Source: Patescibacteria group bacterium UBA2591 | Lineage (GTDB): Bacteria > Patescibacteriota > Patescibacteriia > UBA2591 | DNA length: 33,444 nucleotides | Direction: 5' to 3' | Assembly (NCBI GenBank): GCA_002339755.1 | Contig: DDKT01000081.1 | Span: forward strand, 1-33,444 | Shown here: one piece after another, positions 9,760-18,393 of the stretch | Position numbering within the stretch: position 1 is the first letter of the stretch | Layout: every line of letters begins with the position of its first letter | Made by a program: the position numbers and the translations under genes | The notes under the pieces: model-generated | Told to the model about the DNA's origin: nothing | What the model saw: the letters and a program-made list of their open reading frames with translations, nothing else | Database searches by the model: none

Positions 9760-9903
9760 TTTTTAATTAAAGAATTTCAGACCGAGAAACTTCTCTGGAC
9801 ACTTAAAAGAGGGCTAGAAATTCCTCTTTTCTTAAAGAAGGTGATTGCTGTTTATGGACAAAGAAGAAGTGGTAAAAGTTTTTATTCTTACACTTTAACT
9901 TAA
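9760..9903 (+). pseudogene. Truncated 5' fragment of a P-loop ATPase (AAA_14 / archaeal-ATPase-like GxRRxGKS Walker A)
   Basis: In-frame translation reads ...EKLLWTLKRGLEIPLFLKKVIAVYGQRRSGKSFYSYTLT followed by a stop. The Walker A context xxVIAVYGQRRSGKS is typical of that family's N-terminus. It has no start codon, and a stop follows 10 codons after the P-loop. Confidence 0.45.
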
Positions 9904-9909
9904 TAATAC

Positions 9910-10338
9910 ATGCCAACTATTGATCCTTCAAAAATAATCCAAATTCTACAAGATTTAACCCTTGAAGAGTTAAAAAAAACCAAAGGAATAGGAGAGAAAG
10001 TGGGGGAAAGCATCTACCAGTGGTTTCGCGACAAGAAGAATTTAAAGTTATTATACGATTTAGAAAAAGCAGGAATAAAGATAGAAATAGAAAAACCTAA
10101 AAGTCAAAAATTATTAAGTGGCAAAACTTTTGTCCTTACTGGAACCTTGGAATCTATGAGTAGGGAAGAAGCCAAGAAAAAAATTAGAGATTTAGGAGGT
10201 AATGTTTCTTCTTCGGTAAGTAAAAAAATAGATTTTGTAGTCCTTGGTAAAGACCCTGGTTCTAAATATGACAAAGCAAAAAAATTAGGAGTGAAAATAA
10301 TAAAAGAAGAAGAATTTCTGGAAATGCTAAAAGAATAA
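9910..10338 (+). CDS. ligA: NAD-dependent DNA ligase, C-terminal fragment (last HhH plus BRCT)
   Basis: LEELKKTKGIGEKVGESIYQWF is the terminal HhH. The BRCT domain is GKTFVLTGTLESMSREEAKKKIRDLGGNVSSSVSKKIDFVVLG. Its reading frame differs from that of the N-fragment. Confidence 0.85.
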   Translation: MPTIDPSKIIQILQDLTLEELKKTKGIGEKVGESIYQWFRDKKNLKLLYDLEKAGIKIEIEKPKSQKLLSGKTFVLTGTLESMSREEAKKKIRDLGGNVSSSVSKKIDFVVLGKDPGSKYDKAKKLGVKIIKEEEFLEMLKE

Positions 10339-10348
10339 ATCAAAAAAT

Positions 10349-11350
10349 ATGAATACTTCAAATAGCTATCATTTATCTGATTGGCCAATTATTGGTCATA
10401 AAAATGTTGTTAAATTTCTAAAAAAGAGTATAATTAATAATAAATTAGCTCATGCCTATTTATTTTGTGGCTTAGAACATTTGGGCAAGAAAACAGTAGC
10501 TGAACATTTTGCTGTCTCTTTGTTTAATTCCATTAATGTATCCCCGGTCATAAATATCCATGATTTAGAAAAACATCCTGATTTTTACAGAATTAAGAAA
10601 AAAGAAAATAAAAAAAATATCAGCATTGAACAAATTCGAAAATTAAGAGAAAGCCTTAGTCTTCATTCCTTTATTGGTTCTTATAAAATAGCCCTTATCG
10701 AAGAAGCTCAACTTTTGACTGAGGAAGCAAACAATGCTTTACTTAAGACTTTAGAAGAGCCAACCAGAGAAACCATAATTGTTTTATTAGCTACTAATCT
10801 TGACACTTTACCTAAAACCATTGTTTCTCGTTGCCAAGTAATCAGATTTTTGCCAGTATCCAAAAAGGAAATATTAAAATTTTTGACTTTTCAAAAAAAG
10901 ATATCAGACAATGATCGCAATCTAATAATCCCTCTTTCTCAAGGTCGGCCAGGGATAGTTATTAATTTTTTAAAGCACCCAGCTAAATTAACGGAATATC
11001 AAGAAAAGGTCCAAAAGTTTATAGAAATTTTAAAAAACAACTTCCAAAAAAGATGGCAAATCATCAATCAATTAATGCCGCAAGAAGTCAAATTTTTAGA
11101 ATCTCAGGAAGGTTTTCAAGACCTTCTCTCTATTTGGAACTCAGTGATTAGAGATCTTTTATTAATTAAAAATCATCTTTCTTCTTTGACAATTAATATA
11201 TTTTTTAAAGAAGAACTGGAAAGGCTGGAAGAAAGATATCCTTTGGCAAAACTCAAAGAAATTTTCGAAGAAATCGATCAAACAAAAAAATACCTCAGTT
11301 GGAATGTTAATCCTAAATTAGCAATGGAGAATTTAGTATTAAAATTTTAA
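10349..11350 (+). CDS. holB: DNA polymerase III delta' subunit
   Basis: Motifs seen: LAHAYLFCGLEHLGKKT, EEAQLLTEEANNALLKTLEEP, and SRCQVIRF. Length is 333 aa. Confidence 0.8.
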   Translation: MNTSNSYHLSDWPIIGHKNVVKFLKKSIINNKLAHAYLFCGLEHLGKKTVAEHFAVSLFNSINVSPVINIHDLEKHPDFYRIKKKENKKNISIEQIRKLRESLSLHSFIGSYKIALIEEAQLLTEEANNALLKTLEEPTRETIIVLLATNLDTLPKTIVSRCQVIRFLPVSKKEILKFLTFQKKISDNDRNLIIPLSQGRPGIVINFLKHPAKLTEYQEKVQKFIEILKNNFQKRWQIINQLMPQEVKFLESQEGFQDLLSIWNSVIRDLLLIKNHLSSLTINIFFKEELERLEERYPLAKLKEIFEEIDQTKKYLSWNVNPKLAMENLVLKF

Positions 11351-11450
11351 TGCTATCCATTGCCCTAAAAAAATCTATAAATCCGTTGTTTTAATAACTT
11401 CTAAATTTCTCTATTTAGTGAAAAGGGTTAAGAGAAATCAAATAAATAAT

Positions 11451-12533
11451 ATGACTTTAAATATTTTTAAAAAAATATTTCTTCTTTCTTTAATTTTTCT
11501 CTTAGTCCCTTTTTTGACCGGTTGTGTTAATGTTCAAATCGGGAGTCAAGACGGAGGTGTTTTTAGATCTTCTGATAAAGGTGAAACTTGGCAACAAATA
11601 GTTTTTGCAGAAAGGATAAAAAAGAAAAAAATAAAAACTATTTCTCATGTTAATGTTACACAAATGGTTTTTAATCCTCTTGATTCAAGGATTATTTATT
11701 TAGCCACTAGAGAAAACGGGGCTTTTTTTAGTGAAAATAAAGGAGAAAAATGGAATCCTCTTTTAGCTATAAGAGGAGAGATTAAAGCTATTGCTCCAGA
11801 TCCTGAAAGTAAAAATATTATCTATCTAACTACCGGACAAAAAATTCTTAAAACCACTAATCAGGGTAAAGAATGGTACCAAATTTATTTAGAAACTAAA
11901 CCAGGACATTTTATTACTTGTTTAGCTATAGATCCTTTAAATCCAAATAAAATTTATGCTGGAATTTCTGATGGCCGTTTAATCAGAAGTTTTGACGCTG
12001 GAAAAAGCTGGAAAATAATTCACGATTTTCAAACTCATATAAAGCAGATCTTGATTAATAAAAAAAATCCTCAGATTATTTATCTAGCAACCACCAATAG
12101 CGGGGTTTTCAGAACCACTGACTCAGGACAAAATTGGCAAGAAATAACTGAAAACCTTGAAGCAAATTATCCTGGGATAAAGAATTTTAAAATAGCTATT
12201 TTAGACCAAACTAAAACTGATGCTCTGATGATCGCTACTCAACACGGTCTTTTAAAGACCAATGACGGTGGCCGAAATTGGCAACCCCTTAAACTTCTTA
12301 CCCAACCAGGAGCTATTACTATTTATTCCTTAGCTTTAAATCCTAAAAATTCTCAAGAGATTTATTATGGTACTGCTCGAGCTTTGTACAAAAGCACAGA
12401 CGGTGGCTTAACATGGATCACTAAATCTTTACCAACTAAAAGAGTAGCTTTCTGTCTACTTGTCGATCCTTATGATCCAGAGATTGTCTTTTTAGGAGCA
12501 ACGAAGATAAAGAATCAGCAAAATTCAAGATAA
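11451..12533 (+). CDS. Lipoprotein with BNR/Asp-box repeats (beta-propeller, Ycf48/sortilin-like)
   Basis: A signal peptide and lipobox (FLTGC) are present. There are seven SxDxGxxW-type Asp boxes: SSDKGETW, SENKGEKW, TTNQGKEW, SFDAGKSW, TTDSGQNW, TNDGGRNW and STDGGLTW. An upstream GTG at 11418 is an alternative start. Confidence 0.8.
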   Translation: MTLNIFKKIFLLSLIFLLVPFLTGCVNVQIGSQDGGVFRSSDKGETWQQIVFAERIKKKKIKTISHVNVTQMVFNPLDSRIIYLATRENGAFFSENKGEKWNPLLAIRGEIKAIAPDPESKNIIYLTTGQKILKTTNQGKEWYQIYLETKPGHFITCLAIDPLNPNKIYAGISDGRLIRSFDAGKSWKIIHDFQTHIKQILINKKNPQIIYLATTNSGVFRTTDSGQNWQEITENLEANYPGIKNFKIAILDQTKTDALMIATQHGLLKTNDGGRNWQPLKLLTQPGAITIYSLALNPKNSQEIYYGTARALYKSTDGGLTWITKSLPTKRVAFCLLVDPYDPEIVFLGATKIKNQQNSR

Positions 12534-12584
12534 TGTCTTTATGTTGTTTTCAAAATCTCTCATAAATATAATCAAGATAAAATT

Positions 12585-14930
12585 ATGTCTACTATTTATG
12601 ATAAAATTATCAGATTAACTTTTTTAGGAGTACTTTTTTTAGTCCCTCTCTTTATTTGGCGAGGGGTTTATGATGTTTTTAGCTTAGATAAAATTACTTT
12701 ATTAAGACTTTTAACCTTAGCTATTTTAGGGACTTGGCTGCTTAAAAAATTTACAATTTCAAATTTTAAATTAGACAATTTAGGTTTTATATTCAAATCT
12801 TTTTTTAAAAATAATCCTTTAGCTCTACCAGTCTTAATTTTTTTTATTATCAGTACTTTGGCTACCATTTTTTCAGTCAGTTCTTGGATCAGTCTTTTGG
12901 GATTTTATAAAAGATATGAAGGCTTAACTACTCTTTTTATTTATCTCGTTTTATTTTTTACCGCGATTAATCTTGCTCAAAAAAAAGCATTTCAAGAAAA
13001 AATAATTTGGACTGTTGTTTGGGCAATTTTTTTTGTTTCTTTGTATGGCTTGGCGCAACATTTCAATTTAGATCCTTTTAAATGGAAAGCTGAATTTACT
13101 TTAACCCAAATTTTTTCTACTCTTGGTAATCCTAATTTTTTTGGCGCTTATTTAGCTATGACTTTTCCTTTAGGTTTATATTTGTTTTTAAAAATTAAAA
13201 AAGGAGAAAAAGTAGATCATTCTTCTCTTTCTCGTCAAGAAAGAAGGAAATTAGAAAGAGAATTAAGAAAGAAAAAAGGGCAACCAAGAGAAAAAAGAAT
13301 TGCTCTTTTGTTTTTGGGAGTAGTCCTAGCTTTGGTTTACGCTTGTCTTTTAATTACTCTAAATAGAGGGGGGATGCTAGCCCTTCTTGGAGCGTTGATA
13401 ATTTTTGTTATTATCGCTGGCTGGAAAATTATTTGGCAGAATAAAAAAAGATTAATTATTTTAGGTCTGATTTTTATTTTAATTACACTCTGGAGAGTTC
13501 CTGAGTTAAAAAGAAGATTTGGTAATATTTTAAAAATTTCTAAAGCAGAAATTATTTTAATAAAAGAAGCAAAAGCTCAAGAGGAAAAAAAAGATGAAGC
13601 CAGAACCATAGAATTTTTAGGTTCGGTTAGTGAAAGATTTTATATCTGGAGTAAAGTCAAAGAAATTATTAAAGACTACCCCTGGACTGGAGTTGGATTA
13701 GATACCTTAGCTTTGGTTTATTGGCCTTACGAAGATCCAGAAGACCACTGGAGTCATCGTTCTTTAGTTGATCGAGCTCATAACGACTTTTTAGATGTAG
13801 CTGTAACTCGAGGCATTTTTGGTTTTATTGTTTATTTATGGATTTTGGGAACTATTTTTTGGCTTGGTTGGAAAATATATAAAAAACAAAAATCTCCTGA
13901 ATTTCTCACAAATATAGAAAAAACTTATTCAGAAAAAATTTTCACAGCTGCTATCTTGGCAGGGATTGCTGCTTACCTGATCCAAAATCAATTCTCCTTT
14001 GGCGTTTCTACTTATTCTTCTTTATTTTGGATATTTATGGGTTTATTAATTGTAAATTATCAAAATTATTACCCTCAACAACTTAAAACAGAGCAACTAA
14101 TTTCTCCAGAGGATCTTAAAATAAAAAAATCTAAGTCCTTGATTATAATTTGTAAATCATTATCTATAATTAGTTTATTGATCGTCTCTTTTTTGGTCAT
14201 CGGAACTGTTCGTCTTTTTGTAGCTGATATTTATTATAAACAGGGTCAAGTCTCCCAAGTAAAGAAAGAAGTAGATCGCGCTATTGCTATGCATAAAAAA
14301 GCAACTTACCTTAATCCAAAAGAACCGTTCTATCAAGAAGGCGTTTCTCTTTCTACTTATGCAAAAGTCGAAAAAGTCGAAAATCAAGAAAAGATTACGT
14401 GGCTTAAAAAAACTATCGAGGAAACAGAAAAAGCTATAAAATTAAACCCAGCTAATGGCTTCTTTTATAATACTATGGGAGTTTGTCATAGTAGTTTAGC
14501 TAGGACAGGAGATAATCGAAAAGAAAACGAAGAAAAAGCGATTCTGTATTATAAAAAAGCAATTGCTTTAACTCCAAAATTAGGTGAAGCTTATAATAAT
14601 TTAAGTTTGATATTAATAGAAAGAGAGAAATTAGACGAAGCTAATGATTATCTCATTAAAGTTTTAAAAATTAGTAGAGGAAAACATGGGGCAGAAACTT
14701 CCTATAAACTCGGTCAAAAATTTCTTGACCAAGGTCAAGCAGAAAGAACATTAGATCTTTTCCAAGAAATAATTAAATGGAAGCCCGAAAACGTTGATGC
14801 TTTAAGAAATTTAGCAGTTGCTTACTCTAAAGTAGGGCAAAACGAAAAAGCAAAAGAGACTTTTGAGAAAATTTTAGAAATTGATCCTCAAAATAGTTAC
14901 GCCAAGGAAGCTTTAAAAATTGTCAAATAA
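12585..14930 (+). CDS. O-antigen ligase/polymerase-like (Wzy_C) polytopic membrane protein fused to C-terminal TPR repeats
   Basis: There are at least 10 hydrophobic helices. A periplasmic-loop motif around RAHNDFLDVAVTRG resembles Wzy_C. The last ~230 aa are TPR-like (AYNNLSLILIEREKLDEA..., ALRNLAVAYSKVGQNEKA...). Confidence 0.7.
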   Translation: MSTIYDKIIRLTFLGVLFLVPLFIWRGVYDVFSLDKITLLRLLTLAILGTWLLKKFTISNFKLDNLGFIFKSFFKNNPLALPVLIFFIISTLATIFSVSSWISLLGFYKRYEGLTTLFIYLVLFFTAINLAQKKAFQEKIIWTVVWAIFFVSLYGLAQHFNLDPFKWKAEFTLTQIFSTLGNPNFFGAYLAMTFPLGLYLFLKIKKGEKVDHSSLSRQERRKLERELRKKKGQPREKRIALLFLGVVLALVYACLLITLNRGGMLALLGALIIFVIIAGWKIIWQNKKRLIILGLIFILITLWRVPELKRRFGNILKISKAEIILIKEAKAQEEKKDEARTIEFLGSVSERFYIWSKVKEIIKDYPWTGVGLDTLALVYWPYEDPEDHWSHRSLVDRAHNDFLDVAVTRGIFGFIVYLWILGTIFWLGWKIYKKQKSPEFLTNIEKTYSEKIFTAAILAGIAAYLIQNQFSFGVSTYSSLFWIFMGLLIVNYQNYYPQQLKTEQLISPEDLKIKKSKSLIIICKSLSIISLLIVSFLVIGTVRLFVADIYYKQGQVSQVKKEVDRAIAMHKKATYLNPKEPFYQEGVSLSTYAKVEKVENQEKITWLKKTIEETEKAIKLNPANGFFYNTMGVCHSSLARTGDNRKENEEKAILYYKKAIALTPKLGEAYNNLSLILIEREKLDEANDYLIKVLKISRGKHGAETSYKLGQKFLDQGQAERTLDLFQEIIKWKPENVDALRNLAVAYSKVGQNEKAKETFEKILEIDPQNSYAKEALKIVK

Positions 14931-14994
14931 AGCAAGAGCTAACTAACTTAAAATTTGGCAAATCTTATTTAATCTCATTTCTAAAAAGTTCTTC

Positions 14995-15336
14995 ATGACT
15001 TACCGAATCAAAAGAATTAATGAACTCATTAAAAGAGAATTAGGAAAGATTCTTCTTAAAGAATTAGACTTTCAAAAGAACTGTTTGGTAACAATTACTA
15101 AAGTAGACACTTCTTCTGATCTTTGTTGGACTGAGGTCTGGGTAAGTATTTTTCCGCCGAAAACTAAAAAGAAAAATTTTGAAAAATTAGAAAGATCCAT
15201 CGGTCATCTTCAATTTTTACTAAACAAAAAGCTTTTTCTTAAGCCTTTGCCCCGAATTAGGCTTCGGTTAGATAATGTAGAAGAAGAGATAAAAGAATTG
15301 GAAAATCTACTTGACAAAGAAGAAAAGGAAATGTAA
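14995..15336 (+). CDS. rbfA: Ribosome-binding factor A
   Basis: The 113-aa protein starts RIKRINELIKRELGKILLKEL, and LPRIRLRLDN is typical of RbfA. Confidence 0.85.
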   Translation: MTYRIKRINELIKRELGKILLKELDFQKNCLVTITKVDTSSDLCWTEVWVSIFPPKTKKKNFEKLERSIGHLQFLLNKKLFLKPLPRIRLRLDNVEEEIKELENLLDKEEKEM

Positions 15337-15484
15337 TCTATAAATTGATAATAAAATTGATAATAAAGAACATGAATTTCCCCTTGTTCAACTTCGGTCA
15401 AGCAATGTCTTTATTGAAATTTTAGCAGCCTTTTGTATTTTAAACAAAATAATTTCTTCTTCTTTTTTAAATTTTTCAAACATT

Positions 15485-16060
15485 ATGAATCTCATCCCCA
15501 CAGTTATTGAAAAAACAACCTATGGTGAAAGGGCTTATGATATCTATTCCAGGCTTCTTAAGGAAAGGATTATTTTTTTAGGTGATGACATTGATGACAA
15601 CATAGCTAATTCAATTATTGCCCAATTGCTTTTTTTAGAAAGTCAAGATCCTAAAAAAGATATCAAGCTTTATATTAATAGTAGAGGTGGTATAGTTACT
15701 GCTGGCCTGGCTATTTATGACACAATGCAGTATATAAAACCAGATGTTAGTACTATATGTGTAGGTATGGCTGGTTCAATGGGAGCAGTACTTTTAGCTG
15801 CTGGAGCCAAAGGTAAGCGCTTTGCTCTTCCTAATTCTGAGATTCTTCTTCACCAAGTGATGGGTGGAGCTACTGGTCAAGCAATTGATATTAAAATCCA
15901 AGCGGAAAGAATTCTAAAAATCAGAGATAGGATTAATCAGATTTTAGTTAAACATACTGGTCAATCTCTGAAAAAAATCGAAAAGGATACTGACCGCGAT
16001 TATTTTCTAAGCGCTGAAGAGGCTAAAAATTACGGAATCATAGATAAGATTATTAAGTAA
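15485..16060 (+). CDS. clpP: ATP-dependent Clp protease proteolytic subunit
   Basis: Motifs seen: [19 protein letters not shown], the catalytic Ser in [11 protein letters not shown], and LHQ. Length is 191 aa. Confidence 0.95.
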   Translation: MNLIPTVIEKTTYGERAYDIYSRLLKERIIFLGDDIDDNIANSIIAQLLFLESQDPKKDIKLYINSRGGIVTAGLAIYDTMQYIKPDVSTICVGMAGSMGAVLLAAGAKGKRFALPNSEILLHQVMGGATGQAIDIKIQAERILKIRDRINQILVKHTGQSLKKIEKDTDRDYFLSAEEAKNYGIIDKIIK

Positions 16061-16203
16061 AAGTTCTTAATCTAGTAAAATTGAATCTTCTTTGCCCTAA
16101 ATTCAAGTCCGGATTGTGTTATTCAAGTCCTATTTGTTTATTAAATCTTGAAATTTAAATCTGTTAGATTTTATGTCCTTTATTTTAAAAGGGAGTAGTG
16201 ATA

Positions 16204-16452
16204 ATGACAAAAAGAGAGGAGGTGATTGATAGTGGCAAAAAGAGTTCCAAAAAAAAGAGAAGTTTTAAGCTTTCTAGCGAAGGAGATGATACTTTTTGGA
16301 CGACTTTTGCACTCAATGCACCAAAGCAAAGGCGGGGTATCATCTCGATAAATCTCACTCTTCGTCAGAAACAAATGCTCAACAAGGAATTAATGCGAGA
16401 AGAATGGATGAAGAAGAATCGACAGAAATTCTTCAAAAAGTTCTCTCTTTAA
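16204..16452 (+). CDS. Small, highly basic hypothetical protein (speculatively ribbon-helix-helix-like)
   Basis: AAGGGAG lies 9 nt before the ATG at 16204. The 82-aa ORF is followed by a perfect terminator. GC is ~40%. The segment RRGIISINLTLRQKQMLNKEL has a beta-strand-then-helix pattern. Coding status is uncertain because an overlapping alternative-frame ORF exists. Confidence 0.4.
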   Translation: MTKREEVIDSGKKSSKKKRSFKLSSEGDDTFWTTFALNAPKQRRGIISINLTLRQKQMLNKELMREEWMKKNRQKFFKKFSL

Positions 16453-16465
16453 AAGAGAAGACTGG

Positions 16466-16510
16466 AGTGAATCGAAATTAGGATAAATCGAAATCGATTC
16501 ACTTTTTTTT
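16466..16510 (+). terminator. Rho-independent terminator
   Basis: Perfect 10-bp stem agtgaatcga / tcgattcact with an 18-nt loop, followed by a T8 run. Confidence 0.8.
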
Positions 16511-16556
16511 AAAAAATCTAAATTTAATTAACCATACTATTTTTCTTATATTTCGA

Positions 16557-16612
16557 ATAGATCTGCCAAAGCTATTTAGAAATGTCATATGACTACTACA
16601 CATATGAAGGCA
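16557..16612 (+). repeat. Module copy M3 (5' box CTGCCAAAG plus first iteron)
   Basis: atctgccaaagctatttagaaatgtcatatga matches M2 at 25 of 32 positions, including the exact 13-mer gctatttagaaat. It is followed at the same ~53-nt distance by a consensus -35 box. Confidence 0.65.
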
Positions 16613-16616
16613 CTCT

Positions 16617-16645
16617 TTGACAAATTTGAAACGATATGTTATTTT
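16617..16645 (+). promoter_or_regulatory. Sigma70-type promoter of the LVIVD gene, followed by a ~185-nt leader
   Basis: TTGACA (16617-16622), 17-nt spacer ending in TGT (extended -10), then TATTTT (16640-16645). The -35 context TTGACAAATTTGAAACGATATG resembles TTGACAAAATTGATGCAATGTG at 184. Confidence 0.6.
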
Positions 16646-16834
16646 GAACTTGATATTTAGGGAGGAAGCAAGAGGAGTAGAAAAAAATTCTTTCTAAAGT
16701 ACTCTAAAGCTCTCTTCCTAAATATTTTCATAAAATAAAAGCCGTACGAAGGGAGGTGAAAAATTAGACTTTAAACAAAAACAGAAAAAAAATAAATTCT
16801 TTCTTAATAAAGTATAAAAGGGGGTTGATAAAAA

Positions 16835-17722
16835 ATGGAAAGAAGGGGAAAACTCTATGCTTATGTTGCAAATGGGCGTGGTCTTGGGATAATAGATGTC
16901 TCTAATCCAAGCTCTCCAAAAGAGGTAAGTTATTATGAGACAAAGGGTGAGGCACGTGGTGTTTATGTTTTGGGTAACTGTGCTTATGTTGCAGATGGGC
17001 GTAGTCTTGGGATAATAGATGTCTCTAATCCAACCTCTCCAAAAGTGAAAGGTTATCGGAAGACGCGAGGGTACGCAGAGGGTGTCTATGTTCTAAATAA
17101 CTATGCTTATGTTGCAAATGGACGTGGTCTTGAGATAATAGATGTCTCTAATCCAACTTCTCCAAAAGAGGTAAGTTATTATGAAACAAGAAGTCAGGCT
17201 TGGTCACGTAGTGTTTATGCTCTGAATAACTATGCTTATATTGCAGATGGGCGTGGTCTTGGGATAATAGATGTCTCTAATCCAACCTCTCCAAAAGAGA
17301 AAGGTCGTTATGAGACATCGGGTTATGCATGGAGGGTTTATGTTTTGCGTGACTATGCTTATGTTGTAAATGAACGTAGTCTTGGGATAATAGATGTCTC
17401 TAATCCAACCTCTCCAAAAGAGGTAAGTTATTATGAGACAAAGGGTGAGGCACGTGGTGTTTATGTTTTGGGTAACTGTGCTTATGTTGCAGATGGGCGT
17501 AGTCTTGGGATAATAGATGTTTCTAATCCAACCTCTCCAAAAGTGAAAGGTTATCGGAAGACGCGAGGGTACGCAGAGGGTGTCTATGTTCTAAATAACT
17601 ATGCTTATGTTGCAAATGGACGTAGTCTTGGGATAATAGATGTCTCTAATCCAAGCTCTCCAAAAGTAAAAGGTTATTGTAAGACACCGGGTTGGGCAAA
17701 AGGTGTTTATGTTTTAAATTAA
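16835..17722 (+). CDS. LVIVD-repeat beta-propeller protein (seven ~41-aa repeats), no signal peptide
   Basis: The unit YAYVA(N/D)GR(G/S)LGIIDVSNP(T/S)SPKE... occurs seven times (LVIVD-type). AAAGGGGG lies before the ATG. GC is ~41%. Confidence 0.75.
   Translation: MERRGKLYAYVANGRGLGIIDVSNPSSPKEVSYYETKGEARGVYVLGNCAYVADGRSLGIIDVSNPTSPKVKGYRKTRGYAEGVYVLNNYAYVANGRGLEIIDVSNPTSPKEVSYYETRSQAWSRSVYALNNYAYIADGRGLGIIDVSNPTSPKEKGRYETSGYAWRVYVLRDYAYVVNERSLGIIDVSNPTSPKEVSYYETKGEARGVYVLGNCAYVADGRSLGIIDVSNPTSPKVKGYRKTRGYAEGVYVLNNYAYVANGRSLGIIDVSNPSSPKVKGYCKTPGWAKGVYVLN
16921..17125 (+). repeat. Copy 1 of a 205-nt near-identical internal duplication in the LVIVD gene
   Basis: 16921-17125 versus 17419-17623 (offset 498 nt, or four repeat units) differ at a single position (gtCtct / gtTtct) by direct comparison. 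Confidence 0.85.
17419..17623 (+). repeat. Copy 2 of the 205-nt internal duplication in the LVIVD gene
   Basis: See copy 1. Confidence 0.85.
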
Positions 17723-17730
17723 TCGTTTAA

Positions 17731-17777
17731 AATCCAAGCGTTTCAATTGCTTCAATCTTGGAGCGCTTGGATTTTTT
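17731..17777 (+). terminator. Rho-independent terminator
   Basis: Perfect 10-bp stem aatccaagcg / cgcttggatt running into a T-run (attttttat), 9 nt after the stop. Confidence 0.8.
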
Positions 17778-17825
17778 ATAAAATTTAAAGTCTCCATAGG
17801 GAGATTTTAATGGGAATAATTTCTA

Positions 17826-17920
17826 TTTTAAAAACTTGTCAAGATTATTTAAAAATTTTACCCTTACGAGCTAAATAGAAATTTTATACCTAGCAAGATT
17901 GATAGTTTCTAATCTCGGTC
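17826..17920 (+). repeat. Module copy M4 (~95 nt), homologous to 1381-1476
   Basis: The copy reads ttttaaaaacttgtcaagattatttaaaaattttacccttacgagctaaatagaaattttatacctagcaagattgatagtttctaatctcggtctt. It has the same box order and the same 26-nt iteron spacing as M2. Confidence 0.8.
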
Positions 17921-18036
17921 TTGCTAATTCTTTTTGGGGCATAATAATAATTAGTTCATTTATCATAGATTTTCCTAAGATTAAGGTTTTTTAAAATTCG
18001 ACCTTTCTTAAGAAGATTATGACACACATTTCTTCA

Positions 18037-18080
18037 AAGTATGAAATTTTTAAATGACCCAATTATGAAATTATCATATG
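18037..18080 (-). repeat. Two inverted (minus-strand) iteron copies
   Basis: gtatgaaattt (18039-18049) is the exact reverse complement of the iteron core aaatttcatac. A second, degenerate copy ttatgaaattatc lies at 18063-18075, giving 24-nt spacing. Confidence 0.55.
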
Positions 18081-18393
18081 GCTATGGCACATTTTTATAG
18101 ATCTTGTTTAAAATTGACTTTTGTGATAGGATAAGAATAGTTTCAAATAAACAATAAATTTTATCTATTTTAGTATAACTTTTGGCTAAATACCATTAAA
18201 AATTAATATTTGGTATTTATTTTCTACTTTTTCGCTAATTTTAAGCTAATCTAGGACTATTAAAAATAAATATTTTAGTTATTTTAAAGCCATTTAATTC
18301 AAGAAAGCTTTATTTATCACATTTTATCAACAGCCTACCTTTGATATTAGCGAAAATTGCCAAATTATCCAAAATAGTCTATGGGAGGATTAT

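Noticed and set aside
16296-16481. Alternative-frame 61-aa ORF overlapping the small basic ORF
   Set aside because: It has no SD and its end runs into the terminator stem. The frame starting at 16204 has the SD. Both remain unproven.
17923-18393. Replication-origin-like region (AT-rich, with iterons and DnaA-box-like TTATCCAAA at 18366 and 1603)
   Set aside because: Only degenerate single-mismatch DnaA boxes are present. There is no dnaA/dnaN context, and matches of this quality are expected in 30% GC DNA.
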